Positions 39,023 to 47,193 of a stretch of DNA of 64,000 bases are shown here, in pieces. Source of the DNA: an uncultured Chloroflexia bacterium (GTDB lineage: Bacteria > Chloroflexota > Limnocylindria > Limnocylindrales > CSP1-4); assembly GCA_963748625.1 (NCBI GenBank), contig CAVVJT010000005.1, forward strand, positions 7,482-71,481. Reading direction: 5' to 3'. Numbering within the stretch: position 1 is the stretch's first letter; each line of letters begins with the position of its first letter. A program made the position numbers and the translations under genes. Below the pieces are notes generated by a model. That model was not told where the DNA came from and ran no database searches. It saw only the letters and a list, made by a program, of their open reading frames with translations.

Positions 39023-41026
39023 ATGCAGTCACCCGCGGCCTTCCCGCATCTCCTCGCGCCGCTCAGCATCGGCAGGGTCACCATCCGCAACCGGATCATG
39101 TCGTCCGGCCACGACACCGTGATGGCCCGGGGAGGCCTGATCACCGACCAGCTGATCGCGTACCAGGAGGCCCGGGCGAAGGGCGGGGCGGGACTGATCA
39201 TCATCCAGGTCGCTGGCGTCCACCCCACCGCCCGCTACACGTCCACGGAGCTCACGGCGGACACGGACGCCTCCATCCCCGGGTACACGGCCATCGCAGA
39301 GGCGATCCACCAGCACGGTGCGACCGTCTTCGGGCAGCTCTTCCACGGCGGCCGCGAGATCATGGACACCGAGGACGGCACCCTCGCCGAGGCGCTTGCG
39401 CCATCCGCCGTCCCCACGGACCGCTTCCACGTGGTGCCCCGGGCGATGTCCGACGCGCTCATCCGCGAGATCGTCGATGGGTTTGGAAGGGCCGCGGCGC
39501 GCCTGGAGGCGGCGGGCCTGGACGGGTGCGAGGTGCTCGCGGGGTGGGGCTACCTCGCGTCCCAGTTCCTCAACCCGCGCACCAACCTGCGCGACGACGC
39601 GTGGGGTGGGGACGCGGAGCGGCGGCTGCGCTTCCTCGCGGAGTCGCTGCGCACGATCCGGCGCTCGGTGTCGCCCGGCTTCGTGGTTGGCGTGCGGCTG
39701 TCGATCGGCGAGGTCACCGACGACGGCCTGACCGAGGACGAGGCGCTCGCGGCGCTCGCGGCGCTCGATGCCGAGGGGCTCATGGACTACGTGAGCGTGA
39801 TGGTCGGGACGTCCGCGTCGCTCCTGGGCTCGGACCACATCGTGCCGCCGGCGCCGATCCCCACCGGCTACATCCTGCCGCAGGCGGCGCGGGTGCGGGC
39901 GACGGTGAGGGTGCCGATCTTCCTCGCCGCGCGCTTCAACCAGCCGCAGGACGCGGAGAACGCCCTCGCCGCGGGTGCATGCGACATGACGATCATGACC
40001 CGCGCCCTTATCTGCGACCCGGAGATGCCGGCCAAGACCGCCGAGGGCCGGCTCGACGAAATCCGCGCCTGCATCGGCTGCAACCAGGCCTGCATCGGCC
40101 ACTTCCACGCGGGCTACCCGATCTCGTGCGTCCAGTTCCCGGAGACCGGGCGCGAGCGGCTGTTCCCGCGGCCCGGCGCCGGCGGGCACCAGCGCCATCC
40201 GGCGGCGGCACGGTCGCGCCGGGTGCTGGTTGTGGGCGGGGGTCCCGCGGGGCTCAAGGCTGCGGCGGTCGCGGCGGAACGGGGACACGACGTCACACTG
40301 GTCGAGGCGGAGCGCTGGGTGGGCGGCCAGGTGCGACTCGCCCAACGGCTGCCCGGGCGCAACGAGATGGGCGGCGCGATCACGAACCTCGAGGGCGAGG
40401 CGCGCCGCGCGGGGGTGACGATCGTGACGGGCACGCGGGTAGACGCCGCGTACGTGCGCGAGGCCCGCGCGGATGTCGTCCTGGTGGCCACGGGTGCCGT
40501 CCCCTACCGGCCGCCGCTGGAGATCATGGGCGCGCCGCGGGTGCTTGACGCGTGGGACGTGATCCGCGGCGTGGAGGTGCCGGTCGGCAGGGTGGTCGTT
40601 GCGGACTGGCGCTGCGACTGGGTGGGCCTGGGCCTGGCCACGATGCTCTCGACGGGCGGGCGCCGGGTCGTCCTGGCGTCGTCGGGGTACTACGCCGGGC
40701 AGCGCCTCCAGCAATACGTCCGGGACCAGATGCTCGTGGCGGCCCGGAAGGCCCGGGTGGAGATGCTCACCACCGTGAAGCCGTTCGGCGCCGACGACAC
40801 GACGGTCTACCTGCAGGACGTGCTCACGGGCGACGCGGTGGTCATTGAGGATACGGTGGCGCTCGTCCTGGCGACCGGGCACGTGCCCGCCGGTGGCCTG
40901 CTCGAGGAGCTGGCCGCGGAGGCCGCCAGCGGGGCGTTCGAGGTGCACGGGATCGGCGACGTGCTGGCCCCGCGGACGATCGAGGAGGCGGTCCTCGACG
41001 GACTCCGGGCGGGGGTCGCCATCTAG
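39023..41026 (+). CDS. Old-Yellow-Enzyme / 2,4-dienoyl-CoA reductase-like NADH:flavin oxidoreductase with Fe-S and FAD/NAD domains
   Basis: The N-terminal OYE barrel reads LLAPLSIGRVTIRNRIMSSGH. The Cys motif is CIGCNQACIGH. The C-terminal region has VLVVGGGPAGLKAAAVAAERGH Rossmann motifs. The start is ATG 39023 or the track start 38975. Confidence 0.85.
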   Translation: MQSPAAFPHLLAPLSIGRVTIRNRIMSSGHDTVMARGGLITDQLIAYQEARAKGGAGLIIIQVAGVHPTARYTSTELTADTDASIPGYTAIAEAIHQHGATVFGQLFHGGREIMDTEDGTLAEALAPSAVPTDRFHVVPRAMSDALIREIVDGFGRAAARLEAAGLDGCEVLAGWGYLASQFLNPRTNLRDDAWGGDAERRLRFLAESLRTIRRSVSPGFVVGVRLSIGEVTDDGLTEDEALAALAALDAEGLMDYVSVMVGTSASLLGSDHIVPPAPIPTGYILPQAARVRATVRVPIFLAARFNQPQDAENALAAGACDMTIMTRALICDPEMPAKTAEGRLDEIRACIGCNQACIGHFHAGYPISCVQFPETGRERLFPRPGAGGHQRHPAAARSRRVLVVGGGPAGLKAAAVAAERGHDVTLVEAERWVGGQVRLAQRLPGRNEMGGAITNLEGEARRAGVTIVTGTRVDAAYVREARADVVLVATGAVPYRPPLEIMGAPRVLDAWDVIRGVEVPVGRVVVADWRCDWVGLGLATMLSTGGRRVVLASSGYYAGQRLQQYVRDQMLVAARKARVEMLTTVKPFGADDTTVYLQDVLTGDAVVIEDTVALVLATGHVPAGGLLEELAAEAASGAFEVHGIGDVLAPRTIEEAVLDGLRAGVAI

Positions 41027-41109
41027 CGGAGATCGCCGTCGGGCGGGGGTCGCCATCTGCGGAGATCGCCGTCGGGCGGGCGTGGCCATCGGACGGGTGC
41101 ATCGCCATC
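41007..41109 (+). repeat. 33/34-bp tandem repeat spanning the stop codon of the flavoenzyme gene
   Basis: GGGCGGGGGTCGCCATCT(A)GCGGAGATCGCCGTC occurs at 41007-41040 and 41041-41073, with a degenerate third copy. The extra A in copy 1 creates the TAG stop at 41024-41026. Confidence 0.85.
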
Positions 41110-41258
41110 GGAGGAAGCATCCCAACTCCTGGGCCGGCCCTGGCCCGGCCCTGGCCCCGCCCAGACCCCCGCCGCTGGCCCCGCCCAGACCCCCGGCCAT
41201 GCCGGTACGCGCCGGACATTGGGATGCTTACGCCATCGGACGGGTGCATCGCCATCGG
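41085..41258. repeat. MITE-like unit: 27-bp direct repeats flanking 11-bp terminal inverted repeats
   Basis: The direct repeat GCCATCGGACGGGTGCATCGCCATCGG lies at 41085-41111 and 41232-41258. The inverted repeat is AAGCATCCCAA (41115-41125) paired with TTGGGATGCTT (41219-41229). The interior holds the 20-mer CTGGCCCCGCCCAGACCCCC twice (41151 and 41175). Confidence 0.6.
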
Positions 41259-41317
41259 GGGGAGAGGCTGCTACAGTCTGCGGCAGCCTGTTGTCCGTAG
41301 CCACGGATGGCGGGTGA

Positions 41318-41364
41318 GGACCCGAGGGCGACGGAACCGCTCCCGGGTCCGTTCTCGTTTTCGG
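41318..41364 (+). terminator. Hairpin plus T-rich tract (plus-strand orientation)
   Basis: The arms are GGACCCG (41318-41324) and CGGGTCC (41344-41350), with an extended imperfect stem. The hairpin is followed by GTTCTCGTTTTCGG, a rare T-run in this GC-rich window. Confidence 0.45.
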
Positions 41365-41388
41365 CCCCTCCGTGTCGCCGGGCGGAGC

Positions 41389-43155
41389 TCAGCCGCGCAG
41401 CGAGTCCCAGCCGATGCGGGGCACGCGGGTGAGGCGGCGGTCCCCCTCGAAGCGCACGAGCTCGCGCATGAGCGTGTCTGCCGTGCGGTGGCTGGCGAAC
41501 CACGGCGGCTTGGGCCAGGCCCGGAACGGTCCGCGCGCGACGGTCTTGAGCGAGCGATCGAACATCAGCGGGTTGTGGACGACGCCGGTGCCGGAGCCGA
41601 TGTCGGTCCGGTCGTGGCCGGGATAGGCGCCCCAGGGCGTGATGCCCAAGCCGTAGCCGACGGCGGACCAGGCGTTGATCGAGACCGTGCCGTAGCGCAG
41701 GTCGCGGATCGCCCGGTCGAGCGCGGGCCTGACCGCAGGGTCCCTGGCGGTACGCGGGTCCACGATCACGGTGGCGTTGAGCGTGCCCCACAGCTCCTCG
41801 TTGACGAAACGCGTCGCGCGGTCGAGGAAGGCTGCCGCGTCCGTGGCCTCGAGCGGCGTCTCAGCGGTGACGGAGCAGAAGGCCTCCACCCGGTAGCACG
41901 GATCGCCCGTGGCCTCGGGCGACAGGGCAGGGATGAGCATCCAGGGCAGGTGGCCATCACCGTGGGCGCCGAACTGCTCCGCCTCGGGATGGGCCTCGGC
42001 GAATGCCGCGTACCGGTGGGCAGCACCGGGGTAGTAGGCGAGCCGCGTGGGCATGGTGGCGAGGCGCGCTCGGATCCGGTCCAGGAGCTCCTGGCGCTGG
42101 GGCCAGTGCCTGGCCGTCACGATGACGCGGGACGTCGTGCAGTTGAAGCCCGCGTTGTTCGTGAGCATGGTGACGATGTTCTCGGCGTGGTGGTCGAGGT
42201 CGCCCGCACTCCACCGCCCGGGCACCACGATGATCGGCGTGAGGTTGCCCAGTTCCGCGCTGAACGGCTTGTGGAGGAGTGGGGCGTCGCGTCGCCTGCG
42301 GTCCTCCGCGTCGGGGCCGGTCCCGAACACGATGGCGTCGTACGTGCGGTCCGAGCCGGTGATGTGGAGCGTGTCCACGCCGGGGTGGCTCGCCAGGTGG
42401 GCACCCTGGACGGCATCGCCCACCACGATCCGGACGACGCCCTCGCGGATCAGCGGCGCGAGCGCGGCGCTCTGCACCTCGGTGAGGTGGGCCATCACCG
42501 GGTGCATCTTGAGGACGCAGACCTGGTTCTCCACGAAGAGCTTGTGGATGACGTCGAGCGGGCCGATGGAGCTGGCGTTGCCGGCACCGAGCACCAGGCA
42601 CACCCTGCCAGGCGGCGGGCTGGCGTGGTGGACCGCCATCGTCGACGGCAGGCTCTCGAGGGTGACGCCATCCTGCATCCACACGTCGGCGCTGAGACGG
42701 ATGTAGGAGACGCGATCGAAGAGCTCCGCGGGCATGACGCGCGCCGCAACCCGGCCGTCCGGGAGGGTACGGGCGCCCCCCGGGATGTGGGGCGTCCCGG
42801 TGCGTGCGATGTCCCGCATGGCGTTGCGGTGGAAGCGGGTCGCCCGCATGAAGATGTACGGCCCGACGATCGCCTCCTCCGCAGCGTCCACGCCCGCGGG
42901 ATCGAGGCCCTCGTGGAGCGAGCCGAGCTCGGTCCAGCGGTCGGCGACGGGGATCGTGGCTCGCAGCACCTCGTCGAGGAGGGCGGCCTTGCGCTCAGGG
43001 GAGGTGCGCACCCAGGCGTCGGCGTGGGCGCGGAGCTCCGCGACGACTGCGTCGCAGGCGGGCAGCGGCGTGGGCGCCGGGACCGGCAGGCGGGGCTCGA
43101 AGTGGAGGTCGGGCGCGGGAACCCAGAGGTCGGGCGCGGCGGGGGCACTGGTCAT
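41389..43155 (-). CDS. Aldehyde dehydrogenase family protein
   Basis: 588 aa from ATG 43155 (MTSAPAAPDLW). The sequence includes VCLVLGAGNASSIGPLDVIHKLFVENQVCVLKMHP, ..HITGSDRTYDAIVFG and ...ELGNLTPIIV...FNCTTSRV. Confidence 0.8.
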   Translation of the reverse strand: MTSAPAAPDLWVPAPDLHFEPRLPVPAPTPLPACDAVVAELRAHADAWVRTSPERKAALLDEVLRATIPVADRWTELGSLHEGLDPAGVDAAEEAIVGPYIFMRATRFHRNAMRDIARTGTPHIPGGARTLPDGRVAARVMPAELFDRVSYIRLSADVWMQDGVTLESLPSTMAVHHASPPPGRVCLVLGAGNASSIGPLDVIHKLFVENQVCVLKMHPVMAHLTEVQSAALAPLIREGVVRIVVGDAVQGAHLASHPGVDTLHITGSDRTYDAIVFGTGPDAEDRRRRDAPLLHKPFSAELGNLTPIIVVPGRWSAGDLDHHAENIVTMLTNNAGFNCTTSRVIVTARHWPQRQELLDRIRARLATMPTRLAYYPGAAHRYAAFAEAHPEAEQFGAHGDGHLPWMLIPALSPEATGDPCYRVEAFCSVTAETPLEATDAAAFLDRATRFVNEELWGTLNATVIVDPRTARDPAVRPALDRAIRDLRYGTVSINAWSAVGYGLGITPWGAYPGHDRTDIGSGTGVVHNPLMFDRSLKTVARGPFRAWPKPPWFASHRTADTLMRELVRFEGDRRLTRVPRIGWDSLRG

Positions 43156-43530
43156 GACGGCCCCATCATGCCGGACGGGGCCGGGCCGGGCTGTCGGAGG
43201 CCGCGCCGGACTCGCGGAGGCCACCAATGCGGTCACGCTCACGAACCCCGACGCGGGTGACCTGACGGGCACCACCATCTCACTGGTCATCAACGTTGTT
43301 GAAGGAGGCGGTGGGCGCCGCTGACCCCCACACACCTGCCACGACCGGGCCCTGCCGGCCCGGCGGATCCCGGGACGCGCGAAGGCGCGGCGCCGCAGAC
43401 CGCCGGGCCGGCGCGATTCCCGGCACAACCTCCACGTCATCTGCGCGGATCCTGCACCGGGGGCTGCAAGCATCACCTTGATCCACTCCGACACGAGGCG
43501 AGCGGCCCCGTCCAAGGACCCGAGAGGTGA

Positions 43531-44133
43531 ATGACGATGAAGACCAGGACACTCGCGACAGGCATCGCCGCCCTGCTGCTCCTGGGCGCCGTGACCGCGG
43601 TCTCGGCTGCCGGGAGTGGCCCCGGACCCGGCGCCGGTGACTGCGTCGAGGATTGCGACGGCACGCCGGATCGCGAGCAGGACCGCCTCCGGATCAGCGC
43701 TCCAGTGATTCCCGAAGTGGTCGATCTGGCGGTCCCCGCCGATGTGACCACCGCCGGCGACCAGGACCAGATCAGGGACCGTGACGGGTCGTGCATCGAA
43801 GACTGCGACGGCACACCAGACCAGGACCGGCTGCGGACCCGGGACACGGACCGCATCGGCCAGGTGGCGGCCACGGCCGACGAGCCGAAGGTCGTGGGCT
43901 CGCAGGATCGCGAGCGGAGCCGCGAGAAGGACCGCGAGCGAGTCCGAGACGGCGCGGCCGTCGAGAAGCAGACGCGCACCCAGACGCAGACGCAGACGCA
44001 GACGCAGACCAAGGCTGAGACGCAGGCTGAGACGCAGACGCAGGCTGAGACGCAGACGCAGGCTGAGACGCAGACGCAGACGCAGGCCGGCCCGGGGGCG
44101 GGCAACGGACCTGGATCCGGCCGCGGGGGCTGA
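43531..44133 (+). CDS. Secreted repeat protein with duplicated C-x-E-D-C-D-G-T-P-D motif and Thr-Gln repeat tail
   Basis: 200 aa. The SD GAGAGGTG precedes the ATG. The signal peptide is MTMKTRTLATGIAALLLLGAVTAVSAA. GDCVEDCDGTPDREQDRLR and GSCIEDCDGTPDQDRLR are the two motif copies. The tail is TQTQ/AETQ repeats, and the protein ends GPGSGRGG. Confidence 0.7.
   Translation: MTMKTRTLATGIAALLLLGAVTAVSAAGSGPGPGAGDCVEDCDGTPDREQDRLRISAPVIPEVVDLAVPADVTTAGDQDQIRDRDGSCIEDCDGTPDQDRLRTRDTDRIGQVAATADEPKVVGSQDRERSREKDRERVRDGAAVEKQTRTQTQTQTQTQTKAETQAETQTQAETQTQAETQTQTQAGPGAGNGPGSGRGG
43969..44086 (+). repeat. (CAGACG)n hexanucleotide microsatellite interspersed with CAGGCTGAGACG units
   Basis: Read directly from the sequence. 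It encodes the TQTQTQ...AETQ tail of the 43531-44133 protein. Confidence 0.9.
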
Positions 44134-44314
44134 AGAATCCTATAGCGCCCCCGGCCGTGCCAGCCGGAGGGCGTGCTCTCGAACGGGACGGTCGGATCTT
44201 CCCCCATCCGACCGTCCCCCCCACCATGCTTGACGACGGTGGCACGCCCGGCACTCGCCGGGCGTGCCACCATACCGGCCAGATCGGCACAATCAGGGAG
44301 CCGCCGGTGCACCT

Positions 44315-46018
44315 ATGAGCTTGCGGGTTCGACTGGGCCTCTCGATGGCTATCGTCGCCGTCATCACCTCGCTGGTGATGGTGGCGTCGATGCCTGTCGT
44401 GATCCGGTACGGCTTCGACCCCGTCCTCCCGGCAGCCGAGGCACCGTCGCCCACCGCGGCCGCTGCTTCGACTGCGGCCCCGAGCGCCGCATCGCAGGAT
44501 CCGAGCACCCCGGCAGCGGGATCACCCGGCGTGATCGAGGGCGCGACGGCGGCCCCGGCGGCCTCCGGCCCCGTTCCCACCGGCCCCACCGGCTCCCGGT
44601 CCCCCGTTTCCAGCCCCACGGCAACCCCGCGGGCCAGCCCATCGACCGGCCCGGCCCTGACCGCATCGCCGCCTCCTCCACCTTCGCCATCCAGGTCGCG
44701 TGCGCCGTCACCCTCCCCGGTCCGCAGCCGCCAGCCGAGTGAGCCTCCGAGGGGGTCGGCCAGCCCGAGCGCCACCGGATCGGGCGGATCTAGCGGTGGG
44801 CCGGGTGCCGGACCCAGCGGGGGGCCGGGTGGCGGGACGGGTGGCGGGTCCCCCGTCGACGGCGGTGGCGGGTCGACTCCGGCCCCGTCGGCTGGGAATT
44901 CAAGCGCGACGGGAGGCGCAGGCGCCAGCCAGCCCAGCGGAGGAGACAGCGGAACAGGCGGGGCGGTGTCGGCCATGCTCGCGGTCAGCCACCAGGACCC
45001 GCCAGCGACGGCTCGTGCGGCCGCCGACCCGCCCGCGACGGTGGCTCCCATCACGACCCCGGATCCCGTCACAAGCGCGGATCCCGCCACGGCGGCCTGG
45101 GTCGAGGTGGAGCGGCGCACCTCCACGATGTTCGTCGTGATGGCCGTCCTGTCGGCGGTGGTGGCCATCGCGATCGGGCTGCTCCTCGCCGAGGCGGTGA
45201 TCCGCCCGCTGCGCGCCCTCGGGAAGGACGCGGCCGCGATCGCCGGGGGCGACCTGGGCCGCCGGTCTGCGACGAGCGGGCGCAAGGACGAGATCGGGGA
45301 GCTGGGGCGGTCGTTCGACACCATGGCCGAAGCGCTCCAGCGGTCGGACGAGTCCCGGCGCCGCTTCCTGCAGGACGCTGCCCACGAGCTCGGGACCCCG
45401 GTCACCGCGATCCAGACCACCGTGAGCGCGATCCTGGACGGCGTCTACGAGCCCGAGCGCCGTCACCTCGAGACGATCCGGGACGAGACCCGGCTGCTGG
45501 GCAGGATCGTGGACGACCTGCGCACCATCGCGCTGGCCGAAGTCGGGCAGCTGCCGCTGGCGACCGAGGAGGTCGACCTCGCGGCCGTGGCCGCATCCAC
45601 CGCCGACGCCTTCGCCGCCAGGGCCGCCGAAGGCCGACGCACGCTCGTCGTGGACGGCCAGGAGTCCGTGATCACCTTGGGCGACCCGGACCGGCTCCGG
45701 CAGGTGCTGTCGGCCCTGGTCGACAACGCGCTGCGGCACGCGCCCGACGGAGGGCACGTTGCCATCCACCCGCTGCTCGTGGAGTCCCGGGCGGTCGTCG
45801 AGGTGGTCGACGACGGACCCGGTCTCGGCGAGCACCCCGAGCGCCTGTTCGACCGGTTCTTCCGGGCCGGCGCCCTGCCGGACCGGACGAGCGGACATGC
45901 CGGGCTGGGGCTGGCCATCGTGCGGGCGCTCGTGGAGGCGCAGGGCGGCCACGTGACGGCGGCCAACCGGCCGGAGGGCGGTGCCGTGTTCCGGGTCGAC
46001 CTGCCGGCGGGAGCCTGA
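44315..46018 (+). CDS. Sensor histidine kinase (HAMP-HisKA-HATPase) with a long low-complexity extracytoplasmic loop
   Basis: About 567 aa from ATG 44315 (MSLRVRLGLSMAIVAVITSLVMV). A P/S/G/A/T-rich segment of about 250 aa lies between TM1 and TM2. HAMP follows, then the H-box FLQDAAHELGTPVTAI, then the N and G boxes (GLGLAIVRALVEAQGG). Confidence 0.88.
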   Translation: MSLRVRLGLSMAIVAVITSLVMVASMPVVIRYGFDPVLPAAEAPSPTAAAASTAAPSAASQDPSTPAAGSPGVIEGATAAPAASGPVPTGPTGSRSPVSSPTATPRASPSTGPALTASPPPPPSPSRSRAPSPSPVRSRQPSEPPRGSASPSATGSGGSSGGPGAGPSGGPGGGTGGGSPVDGGGGSTPAPSAGNSSATGGAGASQPSGGDSGTGGAVSAMLAVSHQDPPATARAAADPPATVAPITTPDPVTSADPATAAWVEVERRTSTMFVVMAVLSAVVAIAIGLLLAEAVIRPLRALGKDAAAIAGGDLGRRSATSGRKDEIGELGRSFDTMAEALQRSDESRRRFLQDAAHELGTPVTAIQTTVSAILDGVYEPERRHLETIRDETRLLGRIVDDLRTIALAEVGQLPLATEEVDLAAVAASTADAFAARAAEGRRTLVVDGQESVITLGDPDRLRQVLSALVDNALRHAPDGGHVAIHPLLVESRAVVEVVDDGPGLGEHPERLFDRFFRAGALPDRTSGHAGLGLAIVRALVEAQGGHVTAANRPEGGAVFRVDLPAGA

Positions 46019-46021
46019 GCC

Positions 46022-46726
46022 ATGTCCCGGATCGCGGTCGTGGACGACGAGCCGACCATCGCGGAGGGCGTCGCAGCCTATCTCCGCCGGGACGGACACG
46101 CTGTCGAGATCGCCGCATCGGCACCTGCTGGGATCGAGCTGGGGCGGACCGGGCCCGACCTCATGATCCTTGACCTGATGCTCGGCGGCGGATCGGGGTT
46201 CGACGTGCTCCGGACACTGCGCGGCGAGGGACGCAGCGTCCCGGTGATCATCCTCAGCGCGCGCGTCGACGTCATCGACCGGGTTGCCGGACTCGAGCTG
46301 GGTGCCGACGACTATGTCACCAAGCCGTTCGAACCACGGGAGCTCGTGGCCCGCGTCGGCGCGGTGCTCCGGCGCGCCCAGGGAGAGGCGCGCGCAGCGG
46401 TGGGCACCAGCCCGTCGGGCGAGGGCATCGCGCGCGTCCTGGACCTTGGCGTGAACGTGGCGGCCCGGGAGGTCCGACGCGGGTCCACGGAGATCACGTT
46501 GACCCGCACGGAGTTCGACCTGCTCGTCGCGCTCGCCGAGCACCCGGGGCACGTCATGTCGCGGGAACAGCTCGCGAACCGCCTCTTCGGGGGCCTGTAC
46601 GAGGAGTCCGACCGGACCGTGGACAGCCACGTTCGGAACCTGCGCCACAAGCTCGGGGCGGGCCCGGACGGAGGCGAGTACCTCGAGACGGTCCGGGGCG
46701 TCGGCTACCGCGTCGCCCGGAGGTAG
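46022..46726 (+). CDS. OmpR/PhoB-family response regulator
   Basis: 234 aa. The receiver reads IAVVDDEPTI...PDLMILDLMLGG. The winged-helix output reads LTRTEFDLLVALAEHPGHVMSREQL...TVRGVGYRV. Confidence 0.92.
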   Translation: MSRIAVVDDEPTIAEGVAAYLRRDGHAVEIAASAPAGIELGRTGPDLMILDLMLGGGSGFDVLRTLRGEGRSVPVIILSARVDVIDRVAGLELGADDYVTKPFEPRELVARVGAVLRRAQGEARAAVGTSPSGEGIARVLDLGVNVAAREVRRGSTEITLTRTEFDLLVALAEHPGHVMSREQLANRLFGGLYEESDRTVDSHVRNLRHKLGAGPDGGEYLETVRGVGYRVARR

Positions 46727-46755
46727 AGATCCGCGCTGGGGGATACGCTTCGGAC

Positions 46756-47085
46756 GTGACGCACCTGTACACCCTCTTCCTCGGCGGCCGGATCGCACGC
46801 GGCGACGGCCTGGGCGACGCGACGGCGCTGGTCGTTGCCGCCGACACGGTGCTCCTCGTCGGGACCGACGAGGAGGCGGCAGCGGTCTCGCGAGGGGACT
46901 CGATGACCGTGGACCTGGCCGGTGCGGAGATCGTGGCGACCGGCGACCTTGATCCCGGCAGCCCGGCCGACTTCGACGTGGTCCGCAGGGACGGTACCGC
47001 GCAGATTCGTGGCGGGCGCCTCGTCCATGGCACCCTGCCGGGCTGGCACGACCATGTGCCCGGCGAGGAGGGCGGCGCCCACTGA
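46756..47085 (+). CDS. Amidohydrolase-like small-domain protein lacking the catalytic barrel
   Basis: 109 aa. The N-terminus (LFLGGRIARGDG...ALVVAADTVLLVG...TVDLAGAEIV) and the C-terminus (GDLDPGSPADFDVV...IRGGRLVHG) resemble the two halves of the composite beta-sandwich of amidohydrolases. No TIM barrel lies between them. Confidence 0.4.
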   Translation: MTHLYTLFLGGRIARGDGLGDATALVVAADTVLLVGTDEEAAAVSRGDSMTVDLAGAEIVATGDLDPGSPADFDVVRRDGTAQIRGGRLVHGTLPGWHDHVPGEEGGAH

Positions 47086-47125
47086 CCGTACGCGAGGATC
47101 GGGCACGGCGGGACCCTCAATGCAA

Positions 47126-47159
47126 GACAGGGGCCCCGCCTCGCGGCAGGGCCCCTGTC
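47126..47159. terminator. Strong bidirectional hairpin between convergent genes
   Basis: GACAGGGGCCC (47126-47136) pairs with GGGCCCCTGTC (47149-47159) as an 11-bp perfect stem with a 12-nt loop. It lies between the 46756-47085 gene and the giant-gene stop at 47194. Confidence 0.55.
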
Positions 47160-47193
47160 GGCTCCCTCGGGGTAAGGGGCCTGTGACGGTTGG

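Noticed and set aside
41007-41258. Possible CRISPR array, because of closely spaced direct repeats.
   Set aside because: Each repeat has only two or three copies. Repeats abut or flank an inverted-repeat unit rather than uniform unique spacers. No cas genes are present in the window.
43473-44312. Minus-strand ORF with a striking CVCVCVSACVCVSAC repeat.
   Set aside because: It is the antisense reading of the (CAGACG)n microsatellite. The plus-strand gene has an SD, a signal peptide and non-repetitive conserved motifs.
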